Part shown: piece by piece, positions 52,272 to 62,320 of the stretch
Layout: every line of letters starts with the position of its first letter
Position numbering within the stretch: position 1 is the stretch's first letter
Assembly: GCA_963788195.1 (NCBI GenBank)
Contig: CAWBGA010000001.1
Coordinates: forward strand, 224,001-288,000
DNA length: 64,000 nt
Origin: Nitrospirota bacterium
Lineage (GTDB): Bacteria; Nitrospirota; Nitrospiria; Nitrospirales; NS-4
Direction of reading: 5' to 3'
Translations under genes and position numbers: made by a program
The notes under the pieces: generated by a model
Told to the model about the DNA's origin: nothing
The model's input: the letters and a program-made list of their open reading frames with translations, nothing else
The model's database searches: none

Positions 52272-53554
52272 AGGCATCCGCAGCCTTCAGGGATCCGGCG
52301 CGGCGGCGATCGGCCCCGCTCTCGAACGTCTGATCCAGGCTTGCCTCTTTGTGTATATTGTTGCTCTTCCCTTTCGCCGTCTTTTGTTCCTCGAGCGAAA
52401 CGGCTTTATCCTGTTGCTCCTGCTGCTCGGGCTCTGGTGCGCAGTGAACCGCACCCATTTCTTCCAGCGAACAGCCATTGATCTGCCGCTCGCCGACATT
52501 TGTGGGCTGGGTCGGACTTTCCATTCCCTTCGCCACGAACCCTGATTACAGCGTGGACGAATTCGGCAAGCTTTTGCAGCAGGTTTTGCTCTTTTACGCG
52601 GTGCTGTACTTTTTTGGCGTCGAGCCGTATAGACGGCGGCTTCTGTGGGCGCTGATTGTTGCGTCCGTGATCATCAGTGCGTACGGGATTGTGGAATTCT
52701 TTGGCATGGCGGGGTTGCTGCCGGCGTTCAAACAGCTCAGGGAGCTCGAGTCATTCACTCCCGGTGAGGTCTGGCTCACGACATATCTTGTTATGACCAT
52801 CCCGGTCTGTCTCACATTCATGCTGTTTGAACAGCGCCTGTTTGAGCGGGGCGTGTATGCCGTAGCCACGGCCCTCGGGGTCGTGTGCCTGCTGCTCACG
52901 AACTCCCGGGCCGGGCTCCTGGCCCTTCTGGCCGAGCTCGGGCTGGTGATTCTCGTGCTACGTCGCAAAACGCTGATACTTGGTGTCGCAGTGTTTTGCG
53001 TGGTGATCATAGCGATGGAGGCCTTGGTGGTTCATTACAAGGTCGTGGCGCTGCCGGGGACCACCATTAACGTCAGGGGTCTCGGAACCTTGCCTCTGCT
53101 CCACCGGTTCGAGATTTGGCAGTTCACGACCAAGCAGATCATGCTCCACCCTCTTTTCGGCATCGGCTATGGCAAGGATAACTTCCGATTGGTGTATGGT
53201 GCATCGAGCGAGCCGGATCCGGGCAAGGACGCGGCGGTGCTCCCAGCCGGCACCCACAATATTTTTCTCGATCTGGCGCTGGGGGCGGGTATCCCCGCCG
53301 CAGCCGTCTTCATATGGCTCCTGTGGAGGATTGTGGCAACCGCACTCAAGAACTTCCAAAAGGCGACGTTATCGGCCTCAAAAGCCTTGACGTTGGGAGT
53401 TGCAGCGGGTGTGATCGGCATGACCGTCCGGCTTTCTTTTGATCAGATGCTGATCGGGACCCTGGCGGTGCAATTTTGGATTTGGGTTGCGCTCTGTCTC
53501 AGCGTGCAGTATTCGCTGGAATCAGATAAGACTGCCACCGTTCTGAACCGCTGA
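52261..53554 (+). CDS. O-antigen ligase-family (WaaL/Wzy_C) membrane protein; +1 frameshift near 52492
   Basis: Many TM helices, TNSRAG, RFEIW, PLFGIGYG, HNIFL..G.G. Confidence 0.85.
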
Positions 53555-53564
53555 TGGGTGGGGG

Positions 53565-55476
53565 ATGGAAAAAACGTTAAAGCATTTCAGCATTAAGCTC
53601 TTTCAACTGATGTCTGCAGGGTTCGGCCAGTTGTTGCTTCGTCATCGCGGAACTGTAGTCGTTAGTATTCAGGTGGGACTCATCTTGGCGGCAAACGTCA
53701 TGGCCTTTGTCCTGCGGTTTGAGGGGGACATTCCCCGGGCCTATCAATTTCGGATGCTTCAAGTGCCTTCCGCTTGTCGCGTTGGTGTATGGGTCCGGGC
53801 TATGGATTTTCGGGATTCATCGCGGGCTTTGGCGCTACGTGGGGCTGCATGATCTTGGCAGAATCTTTTGGAGCGCGCTCGCCAGCACGGTTTTTCTATT
53901 CCTTCTCATTGCCCTGTTGATGGGCTGGAAGGACTATCCGCGTTCGGTCATCATTCTGACCGGCCTGCTCTCGGCCGGATTTTTAGCCGGCATCAGATTG
54001 GTCGTCCGCTCATTCAGAGAATGGCTGCAGATTGCCGGTCCGAGCGCCCGGCGGGTGTTGATCGTCGGCGCCGGCAACGCCGGCGAACTGCTCGTCCGCG
54101 ACCTGCAAATCAATCCCTCTTATAATTATCGGCCGGTCGCGTTCGTGGACGACGATCCGGTCAAACGGAAGGTTCGAATTCATGGGGTCCCGGTGGTCGG
54201 GACCATTAGTGATATCCCCAAGGCCGTTGAGCAGTATAAGGCCAGAGAAATTATCGTGGCGATCCCCTCGGCGACGCCGAAGGTCATGCAAAGCATTTTG
54301 GCGGCTTGCGAGTCCTGCTCGGTCCCCTTGAAGACTCTGCCGAACGTAAAACAATTGCTGGACAGCCCCGTGTCGATCCGGCGCGTCCGTCCGCTCAGCC
54401 TGGAAGACCTCCTGCAACGCGAACCGATTCAGAGGAATCTCCAAGAACTTCATCCGCTCCTAGAAGGAAAACGGATTGTCGTCACAGGCGCGGGCGGCTC
54501 GATCGGCTCAGAGTTGTGCCGGCAAATCGCCACATACCGCCCGGCGTTGTTGGTTCTCTTTGAACGTCACGAGAATAGCCTCTACGCGATAGATCTAGAG
54601 CTCCGAGAAGCCTTTCCTCACCTGGAGATCCTCGCCGTAGTCGGTGACATCAATCATGTGGAGCGGGTCACTGAAGTCTTTACAGCATGTTCCCCCAACC
54701 TGATTTTTCACGCCGCGGCCCACAAACATGTTCCGCTGATGGAACGCAATGCCGTGGAGGCGGTCCGAAACAATGTCTTTGGGACTCACGTGGTCGCGAA
54801 AGCGGCGGTGGCCGTCGGCGTGGACCACTTCGTCTTGATCTCAACGGATAAGGCCGTAAACCCCACGAGTGTGATGGGCGCCACCAAGCAGCTTGCCGAG
54901 GGGCTTGTCCGGGAGATGAACCGCCAGGGGGGCAGCAAGTTTAGCGTCGTGCGTTTTGGAAACGTGCTGGGGAGCAACGGCAGCGTGGTACCGCGATTTA
55001 CCGAACAGATCCGCAAAGGTGGGCCGGTAACGGTGACTCACCCTGACATAAAGCGCTTCTTCATGACGATTCCGGAGGCAGTCCATCTGGTTCTGCAGGC
55101 CAGCGTGATGGGACAGGGCGGCGATGTGTTTGTTCTGGATATGGGTGAGCAGATCCACGTGGCCACCTTGGCTCGCAATATGATCTTGTTGTCGGGCCAT
55201 CGGCCTGGGCACGACATTAAGATAGAGTATACCGGTCTTCGCCCGGGCGAGAAGTTGTTTGAAGAACTGTTCGATGACACGGAGCGAGTGGAAGGCACCG
55301 TGCACCACAAGATCAAGCGCGCTATCGGTAGGGAAACATTCTCTGGCGGGCACTTCTCCCGATACTTAACCGATCTTCAGAACTTATGCGAGTCGGGGCA
55401 GGCCGAGGACCTCGTCATCGACAAGTTGCGCGAGATTGTCACCAACTATCAGCCAGCCTACAGCGATGGCCCGTAA
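53565..55476 (+). CDS. Membrane-bound UDP-GlcNAc 4,6-dehydratase (CapD/WbpM/PglF family); +1 frameshift near 53760
   Basis: N-terminal TM helices, GAGNAG, TGAGGSIGSELCRQ, HAAAHKHVP, STDKAV, RFGNVLGSNGSV. Confidence 0.93.
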
Positions 55477-56014
55477 TCGACCGGCAGTGTCTTCACGAGA
55501 GCTTCGGAAGAGGCTGCGTCATATCCGCATGCTGGCGATGGATGTGGATGGAGTGCTCACCGATGGGGGCATGTACTACTCCGAGACCGGAGACGAGCTG
55601 AAGAAGTTTAACACGCGTGACGGGATGGGCATCAAGATGCTGCAATTTGCGGGCATTGCGACTGTCTTTATCACGAAGGAGAAGACGGCAATTGTAGAGC
55701 GCCGGGGGCGAAAACTCGGAGTTCCCGAGGTCCACCAAGGCGTCGACGACAAATTATCGCTCCTGACGCGCCTGATCAAGAAATACCGTCTGAGTCTCAA
55801 GGAGGTTGCGTATGTCGGGGATGATGTCAATGACCTTGAAACCTTGAGAGTTGTCGGATTTTCCGCAGCGCCCGCCGATGCGATGCCCTCAGTCCTGCAA
55901 GCGGTACATTATGTGTGCAGCAAACGCGGTGGCGAGGGGGTCATCCGCGAAGTCTCGGACCTGATTCTCGGCCGTTCCGCCCACCAACCGTTGAATTTTG
56001 GCAAGACTTCCTAA
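55466..56014 (+). CDS. KdsC-family HAD phosphatase, with residues pointing to nonulosonate-9-phosphate specificity
   Basis: DVDGVLTDG, KKFNTRDG, ITKEKT..RR..KL, GDDVND, GGEGV.RE. Confidence 0.85.
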   Translation: MARNRPAVSSRELRKRLRHIRMLAMDVDGVLTDGGMYYSETGDELKKFNTRDGMGIKMLQFAGIATVFITKEKTAIVERRGRKLGVPEVHQGVDDKLSLLTRLIKKYRLSLKEVAYVGDDVNDLETLRVVGFSAAPADAMPSVLQAVHYVCSKRGGEGVIREVSDLILGRSAHQPLNFGKTS

Positions 56015-56045
56015 TACCTTTTCGCGGGCGTGTACTTTTGAGAGA

Positions 56046-56074
56046 TTGACTGTGACATCTCGAATTTCTACCAT
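56046..56074 (+). promoter_or_regulatory. Putative sigma70 promoter for the kdsD-manC-PMM block
   Basis: TTGACT-N17-TACCAT, ending 22 bp upstream of the ATG at 56097. Confidence 0.7.
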
Positions 56075-56096
56075 GGCCAGACACGCGGACTAACCC

Positions 56097-57062
56097 ATGG
56101 ATATTTTGTCCGAAATCAGGCGTGTGATCGCGCTCGAGAACCGTACCGTGGCCCGCCTTCATGAGACTGTCGGCCCTGCGTATGAGGAAGCGGTTCGCTT
56201 GCTGTACGCCTGCCCAGGAAAAGTCATTCTTACCGGCATTGGAAAATCGGGAATTATTGCGCAAAAAATCGCGTCAACCCTGGCATCGACCGGCATGCCC
56301 GCCTTGTTCCTCCACCCCACCGAGGGGATGCACGGCGACATCGGCATCGCGCGCAAAGAGGACATTATTATCGCCATCGGGAGATCCGGAGAGAGCGAGG
56401 AACTCATCGCCTTGCTGCCCTCCATACGCAAAATCGGGGCCCGCCTCATCTCGATTACCGCAAAGGCGGACTCCACGATGGCCCGCCATTCCGATATCGT
56501 TCTGGTGACCCCGGTGGATGAGGAAGCGTGTCCATTGAATATGGCGCCGACCTGCAGTACAACGGCCGCGCTGGTCGTCGGGGATGCCTTGGCGATGGCG
56601 TTGATGAAACTTCGAAACATCCAGCCCGAGGAGTTTGCTCAATATCATCCGGGCGGCCAGCTCGGGAAGCGCCTGCTCTTAACGGTTCGTGATTTGATGC
56701 GGACGGGACCGAGGAATCCTGTTGTGCATATCACAGCGTCCGTGAAAGATCTGTTTTCCGAAATCACCGACAAGCATCTCGGAGCGGTTTCCGTGGTGGA
56801 CGATACCGGAACACTTATGGGACTGGTCACTGACTACGATATTCGCCGAGCGGTGGGCGAAGGCCGGAACATCTTCTCCATGACGATCATGCAAATTATG
56901 AATCCCAAACCCATCGCAATCCCGGCCGACAATAAAGCCATCGAGGCTCTCAGGATTATGGAAGAACGAGAAAAGCCGTTAGCCGTTCTGCCGGTGATCG
57001 AGGAGAACCGTATGGTCTGCGGCATGATCCATCTTCACGACCTCATCGATAAAGGATTGTAA
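56097..57062 (+). CDS. kdsD: KpsF/GutQ-family arabinose-5-phosphate isomerase (SIS plus 2 CBS domains)
   Basis: GIGKSG, HGDIG, EACPLNMAPTCST, GDALA, HPGG.LG. Confidence 0.92.
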   Translation: MDILSEIRRVIALENRTVARLHETVGPAYEEAVRLLYACPGKVILTGIGKSGIIAQKIASTLASTGMPALFLHPTEGMHGDIGIARKEDIIIAIGRSGESEELIALLPSIRKIGARLISITAKADSTMARHSDIVLVTPVDEEACPLNMAPTCSTTAALVVGDALAMALMKLRNIQPEEFAQYHPGGQLGKRLLLTVRDLMRTGPRNPVVHITASVKDLFSEITDKHLGAVSVVDDTGTLMGLVTDYDIRRAVGEGRNIFSMTIMQIMNPKPIAIPADNKAIEALRIMEEREKPLAVLPVIEENRMVCGMIHLHDLIDKGL

Positions 57063-57064
57063 TT

Positions 57065-58510
57065 GTGAGAGATCATCTCTATGCAGTCATCCTCGCCGGC
57101 GGGAGCGGGACCCGCTTCTGGCCTCTGAGCCGGGAACTCTACCCCAAGCAGTTTCTAAAAGTGCTGAGCGATCGCACGTTGATCCAGGAAACAGCGAGGC
57201 GCGTGACGCCATGGATTCCGGCGGACCGCGTGCTGGTGATTACCGGAGAGTCTCATGCCGATGCGGTCCGGTTGCAGTTAGCCGAAATCGGAATCCCGAA
57301 AACCAACATCTTTTTCGAACCCACCGGGCGAAACACGGCTCCCGCGATAGGGTGGGCGGCGCAAGCGATACAACGGCGCGATCCCCAAGGAATCATGTTG
57401 GTGATGCCATCTGATCACATTATTCCGGACGCTGCTCCGTTCCTCCAAGGGGTGGAATTGGCCATCCGGGTAGCGGAGCAGAAATGGCTGGTGACATTCG
57501 GAATCAAACCTGACCGGCCCGAGACTGGTTACGGGTATATCCAGGGACGGCCTCGGAGAATCTTGGGCTCGCAGGATGACCTTACTGCTCTGGGGGTGAC
57601 GCGGTTCGTCGAGAAACCAGACCTTGCGACGGCCAAGCGCTATGTGCGAAGCGGGAAGTTCTACTGGAACAGCGGTATCTTCATCTGGCGGGCCGACGTG
57701 ATTCTCAAGGAGATGAAAAAGTACTTACCAGGCCTCTACGAGAGTCTGGCCAAGCTCGGGAGCGCAATCGACACTCCAGATGTGGCATGCGCAATCAAAG
57801 AATTCTATCGGGATACAGAGTCAATCTCCATTGACTACGGCGTGTTGCAAAAAACCCGACGAGCGGCTGTGATTCAGGCGCCGTTTAAATGGAGCGATAT
57901 CGGGAATTGGAGCAGTCTGGGAGACGTGGGGGAGAAGGATGAACAGGGCAATATCCGCATCGGAGCAATTATAGATATCGACAGTCGCGACTCGATCCTT
58001 TACGGCGAACAACGACTCGTGGCTACGATCGGCCTCAGCGACATGGTGGTGGTAGATACTGCCGATGCGACATTGGTGTGCCCAAAGGACCGCGCTCAGG
58101 ACGTCAAACAGCTTGTCGAACTTCTACGCAAGCGTAAGGCGCCGGAACAGCTGATCCATCGAACCGTGCAGCGCCCATGGGGAAGCTACACCGTGCTGGA
58201 AGAAGGGCCGGGCTATAAAGTGAAGCGGATAAGCGTGATGCCCGGCGGCCGGCTGTCGCTTCAAATGCATCACAAGAGAAGTGAGCACTGGGTGGTGACA
58301 GCGGGCCAGGCGCGCGTAACGTGCAACGACCGTATCTTCGACGTTGGCACATCTGAGAGCACGATGATTCCGCAGGGCAGCGCGCACCGGCTCGAAAATC
58401 AGGGGAAAGACATTCTTGAGATCATAGAAACCCAGTGCGGGGAATATGTGGGAGAAGATGACATCGTTCGCTTGTCAGACGACTATGGCCGCTGTGAAAC
58501 AAAACCATGA
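57065..58510 (+). CDS. manC: Mannose-1-phosphate guanylyltransferase / mannose-6-phosphate isomerase
   Basis: LAGGSGTRFWPLSR..PKQF, RNTAPA, FVEKP, WSDIG; cupin RPWG, SLQMHHKRSEHW. Confidence 0.96.
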   Translation: MRDHLYAVILAGGSGTRFWPLSRELYPKQFLKVLSDRTLIQETARRVTPWIPADRVLVITGESHADAVRLQLAEIGIPKTNIFFEPTGRNTAPAIGWAAQAIQRRDPQGIMLVMPSDHIIPDAAPFLQGVELAIRVAEQKWLVTFGIKPDRPETGYGYIQGRPRRILGSQDDLTALGVTRFVEKPDLATAKRYVRSGKFYWNSGIFIWRADVILKEMKKYLPGLYESLAKLGSAIDTPDVACAIKEFYRDTESISIDYGVLQKTRRAAVIQAPFKWSDIGNWSSLGDVGEKDEQGNIRIGAIIDIDSRDSILYGEQRLVATIGLSDMVVVDTADATLVCPKDRAQDVKQLVELLRKRKAPEQLIHRTVQRPWGSYTVLEEGPGYKVKRISVMPGGRLSLQMHHKRSEHWVVTAGQARVTCNDRIFDVGTSESTMIPQGSAHRLENQGKDILEIIETQCGEYVGEDDIVRLSDDYGRCETKP

Positions 58511-59877
58511 GCATTTTTAGAGAATACGATATTCGCGGCGTTGTCGGGAAGGATTTGACACCAAGGTTGGCCGAGAACATCGGGCTCGCGTATGGCACCC
58601 GCGCGGCCCGAGCGGGTGCCACATCCGTGGCTGTGGCGCGTGATGGTCGCACCACCGCCATTGAGATGCGAGATGCGCTGATCAAAGGGATCACCGCGTG
58701 CGGCGTAGACGTCGTGGACATCGGTGTCTGTCCGACGCCGCTTTTATACTTCGCCCTGTTCACCTTGCCCGTGGGCGGCGGAGTGATGGTGACGGCCAGC
58801 CACAATCCGCCGGAGTATAACGGCTTCAAACTCTCCATCGGCAAAGCCTCGATGCATGGCGCCGACATTCAGTCCCTGAAGGAGGACATCGACGAGGGGC
58901 GGTTTCAGCCGGCTGAACGACGGGGTCGGGTCTCTGAGCGAACGATAATTCCGGAATATCTGGCTTACATCAAACAATCGTTTGCCGGACTCGATGCCGG
59001 GCGCATTCATGCCGTCGTGGATTGCGGCAACGGGATGGGCGGACTGGTTGGACCGGACGCGCTGAGTCTCCTGGGTTGTCGCGTCACCCCAATGTACGTC
59101 GAGGTCGACGGACGGTTTCCGAACCACCCGCCGGACCCCACGGTTGTCGCGAACCTTCAGGATCTGATCTCTACAGTGCGTAAGACAAGAGCAAACGTCG
59201 GGATTGCATACGACGGAGATGCGGACCGTATCGGCGCGGTGGATGAGCGCGGCGAGATTATCTGGGGCGATAAGCTGATGGTGCTTTTCGCTCGCGATAT
59301 CCTCAAAGCGAAACCGGGCGCCACCATCATTTCCGAAGTCAAAGCCTCCCAGACACTTTATGACGATATCGCTACGCGCGGCGGGATTCCGATCATGTGG
59401 AAAACCGGGCACTCGCTGATCAAGGCGAAGATGAAGGAAGAGCAGGCGGCTTTGGCGGGTGAAATGTCGGGGCACATGTTTTTCGCCGACCGCTATTTCG
59501 GGTATGACGACGCGATCTATGCCTCGTGCAGGCTGATTGAGATTCTCACAAAAGCCGGGCATCCCCTCTCTTCACTGCTGGCCGACTTGCCGCCAACCAT
59601 CGCGACTCCTGAGATTCGGGTGGATTGTCCCGACGACATCAAATTTCAGGTCGTGGAGGCAGCCAAGAAAGAACTGGCCCGCGAATATGATATCATCGAT
59701 ATCGATGGCGTACGGGTCTTATTCCCTGACGGCTGGGGATTAATCCGCGCATCGAACACGCAGCCGGCGCTCGTCCTGCGGTTTGAGGCTGTCTCGCAAG
59801 GAGCCTTGGCCCGTATCCGCGAGGTCGTCGAATCTCAGGTGAGGAAGCACGTCCCACTGACGCTGACTGCTCATTGA
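58507..59877 (+). CDS. Phosphomannomutase/phosphoglucomutase (AlgC-like)
   Basis: FREYDIRG, TASHNP, DGDADR, GEMSGH, IRASNTQP. Confidence 0.96.
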   Translation: MSIFREYDIRGVVGKDLTPRLAENIGLAYGTRAARAGATSVAVARDGRTTAIEMRDALIKGITACGVDVVDIGVCPTPLLYFALFTLPVGGGVMVTASHNPPEYNGFKLSIGKASMHGADIQSLKEDIDEGRFQPAERRGRVSERTIIPEYLAYIKQSFAGLDAGRIHAVVDCGNGMGGLVGPDALSLLGCRVTPMYVEVDGRFPNHPPDPTVVANLQDLISTVRKTRANVGIAYDGDADRIGAVDERGEIIWGDKLMVLFARDILKAKPGATIISEVKASQTLYDDIATRGGIPIMWKTGHSLIKAKMKEEQAALAGEMSGHMFFADRYFGYDDAIYASCRLIEILTKAGHPLSSLLADLPPTIATPEIRVDCPDDIKFQVVEAAKKELAREYDIIDIDGVRVLFPDGWGLIRASNTQPALVLRFEAVSQGALARIREVVESQVRKHVPLTLTAH

Positions 59878-59911
59878 GAGCTCCCAGCAGAACGTTGTTC
59901 CGCAAACTACG

Positions 59912-60712
59912 ATGCCAAGGGTCCCCACAGGCTTACCGTTCACACTCGTATTGGTCCTAGCCCTCGCAATTTCTTTTCCCTGCCCTTCGACCGCTGCCAC
60001 TTCCTCTAATACCGTACAACGGCTGCAGATCGGCGAGCGGCTTGGCTATGCCTTAAGTTGGGGCAAGATCTCCGCCGGAACTGCGGTGCTTGAAGTTGTT
60101 GGCCGCGAAGCCCTCAGCGGCCGTCAGCTTCTCCAATTGCTGCACAGTGCCCGGACCAATGACTTCGTTTCGTTCTTCTATCCTGTCAACAATCGTGTCG
60201 AGTCTTTCATCGACGAGGAGGCACTACCCGCCCGGCTGTTGTTCAAGCGCCGCGAGGGGAAGAAGAAGAACGACATAGAGGTGCTCTTCGATCAAGCGGC
60301 TCATCTTGCCGTCGTCACAACAGACGGCGTGAAGGAGACGATCGCGGTGCCGGCGGGCGTGCAGGACACGCTGTCGTGCCTCTATGCCTTTCGTTCCCTG
60401 CCACTGTCGGCCGTAGGCCAAAGCGTGAGCATCAACGTGTATCATGATAAGAAGATTTACCAGTTGGAGCTTCGGGTCGAAGGTTTTGAGCGAATGCAAA
60501 CCACTCTTGGAGAAGTCGATACCATCAGGGTCCTGGCGATCATGCCGTTTCGTGGACTTTTTTTGAATGAGGGCAATATCAGAGTGTGGTTTACCAATGA
60601 CACCACTCGCATCCCCGTCCTGATGCGCGCGAAGGTCATCGTAGGGTCGATCTCAGCCACATTGACATCGTTGGAGGGCAACGTCCCGCCGACCCAGCGA
60701 GCAACCCCGTAA
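59912..60712 (+). CDS. Exported protein, DUF3108-like
   Basis: Signal peptide; GERL.Y..W....G.A, D.LS.LY, VWF.ND..IPV. Confidence 0.72.
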   Translation: MPRVPTGLPFTLVLVLALAISFPCPSTAATSSNTVQRLQIGERLGYALSWGKISAGTAVLEVVGREALSGRQLLQLLHSARTNDFVSFFYPVNNRVESFIDEEALPARLLFKRREGKKKNDIEVLFDQAAHLAVVTTDGVKETIAVPAGVQDTLSCLYAFRSLPLSAVGQSVSINVYHDKKIYQLELRVEGFERMQTTLGEVDTIRVLAIMPFRGLFLNEGNIRVWFTNDTTRIPVLMRAKVIVGSISATLTSLEGNVPPTQRATP

Positions 60713-60795
60713 CGCCTGCCCGAAAATCGGCGTTGCTCCAGGCGAAGAAGAGCAGATATAATCACAAGTCACTCTAAATAAGCGCGACACTCCGG

Positions 60796-61797
60796 ATGAA
60801 CCGCAAAGCGTTCACACTCAACCAATTCATTATTGACACCCAGTCAGGCAATCCCGCCGCGATTCGAGAATTCGCGGCGCTCATGGCGCACATTGGCTTG
60901 ATCGGAAAACTGATCGATCGTGACCTTCGTCGGGCGGGCCTCAATGATATCCTGGGGACGACCGGCGAGACCAATGTCCAAGGAGAGGCCGTCAAGAAAC
61001 TCGACAATATCGGAAATGACACCATCGTCAAAGTTTTTCATCACACGGGATTGGTCTGCGCGCTTGCGTCAGAGGAGATGGAAAAACCGCTCATCCTCTC
61101 GGAGAACTGGCCCGAGGGCAAGTATATGCTCTTGTTTGATCCGCTGGACGGTTCTTCGAACACGGACGTGAACATGCCGATGGGGACTATTTTTTCGGTC
61201 CTGAGGTATGACGGCGCCGCCGAGCCGACGCCGGTGGACCTCGTGCGAGGCGGCACCCAGCAGGTGGCGGCGGGTTATTTAATGTATGGGCCCAGCGCCG
61301 TGCTCGTCTTCACGTCCGGCAAGGGCGTACACGAATTCACGCTTGATCCGGACCTGGGGGAATTCCTGCTTTCCCGTGAGAGCATCGCCATACCGAGGTA
61401 CGGGACGGTCTATAGCGCCAATGAAGGCAATATACGCAAGTGGATCCCTGGTGCCCGCAAGTTCATTGAGCATGTGAAGGACTCCGAGTCAACGACGGGT
61501 CGAATCTACACCCTCCGATACTCGGGGTGTTTGGCGGCCGATGTCCATCGTCTCCTTGTCGGCGGTGGAATATATCTCTATCCGGCGCAGACTGATAAGC
61601 CGGATGGCAAGCTTCGCTTGCTGTATGAAGCTAATCCGCTCGCTATGGTGGTCGAACAGGCAGGCGGTCGAGCGAGTACCGGTGTGGAACGCATCTTAAC
61701 CCTGCAGCCCAAGACCCTGCATCAACGGGTACCGTTGGTGATCGGCAGCGTCGAAGATGTTGAGATAGCTGATGCCTTTATTCAGGGAAAGCGGTAA
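60796..61797 (+). CDS. fbp: Fructose-1,6-bisphosphatase class 1
   Basis: NVQGE.VKKLD, SEE, FDPLDGSSN, RYSGCL.AD, KLRLLYEANP. Confidence 0.96.
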   Translation: MNRKAFTLNQFIIDTQSGNPAAIREFAALMAHIGLIGKLIDRDLRRAGLNDILGTTGETNVQGEAVKKLDNIGNDTIVKVFHHTGLVCALASEEMEKPLILSENWPEGKYMLLFDPLDGSSNTDVNMPMGTIFSVLRYDGAAEPTPVDLVRGGTQQVAAGYLMYGPSAVLVFTSGKGVHEFTLDPDLGEFLLSRESIAIPRYGTVYSANEGNIRKWIPGARKFIEHVKDSESTTGRIYTLRYSGCLAADVHRLLVGGGIYLYPAQTDKPDGKLRLLYEANPLAMVVEQAGGRASTGVERILTLQPKTLHQRVPLVIGSVEDVEIADAFIQGKR

Positions 61798-61806
61798 GGT
61801 GGAGCC

Positions 61807-62320
61807 ATGACAAAGCGCGTTCATGAAATTCTCAGTTGGTATGCCGGTGAAAATCCGGGCGTGCTCGCCAATCTGTCCCGCTTATTGAATCATGGTACCC
61901 TCGCAGGGACGGGTAAATGTCTGATACTGCCGGTGGATCAGGGTTTCGAGCATGGTCGCCTATGCGGCTCAGATCGCGGCTCAGCTCGGAGCCCATGTGA
62001 TTAAGGTGAAGCTTCCGACGGATCAATTGGAGCAGCCGGCGGCGAAGAAGATCTACGAGTCCAAGCATATCCCGATCAAGACGCTAGCGGAACGCGTGCA
62101 CCATGTCGTCCAGTCCGCGTTCGATGGCCGGCGCATCGTGATTTTTTCCGGCGGCGCTGCCAAGGAAGACGACAAAGCCATTTTCGACGAAGCCCGTGCG
62201 ATTCGCGACGGAGGGGGATTCGGATCGATCATCGGCCGAAACTCGTTCCAGCGAAAGAAAGAGGACGCCCTGCTCCTGCTTCGCACCATCACCGGGATCT
62301 ATGCCGGCACGATCCCGTAA
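61807..62320 (+). pseudogene. Class I (DhnA/FbaB-type) fructose-bisphosphate aldolase with a large internal deletion and frame break near 61955
   Basis: N-terminus ..GTGKCLILPVDQGFEHG joined out of frame to VAYAAQIAAQLGAHVIKVK..FSGG..IIGRNSFQR; about 170 codons in total. Confidence 0.88.

Noticed and set aside
18925..53770. Phase variation or programmed frameshifting as the cause of the split genes
   Set aside because: The shifts are not at long homopolymers, tandem repeats or slippery heptamers, and the G7 runs near 1233 and 15007 are in frame.
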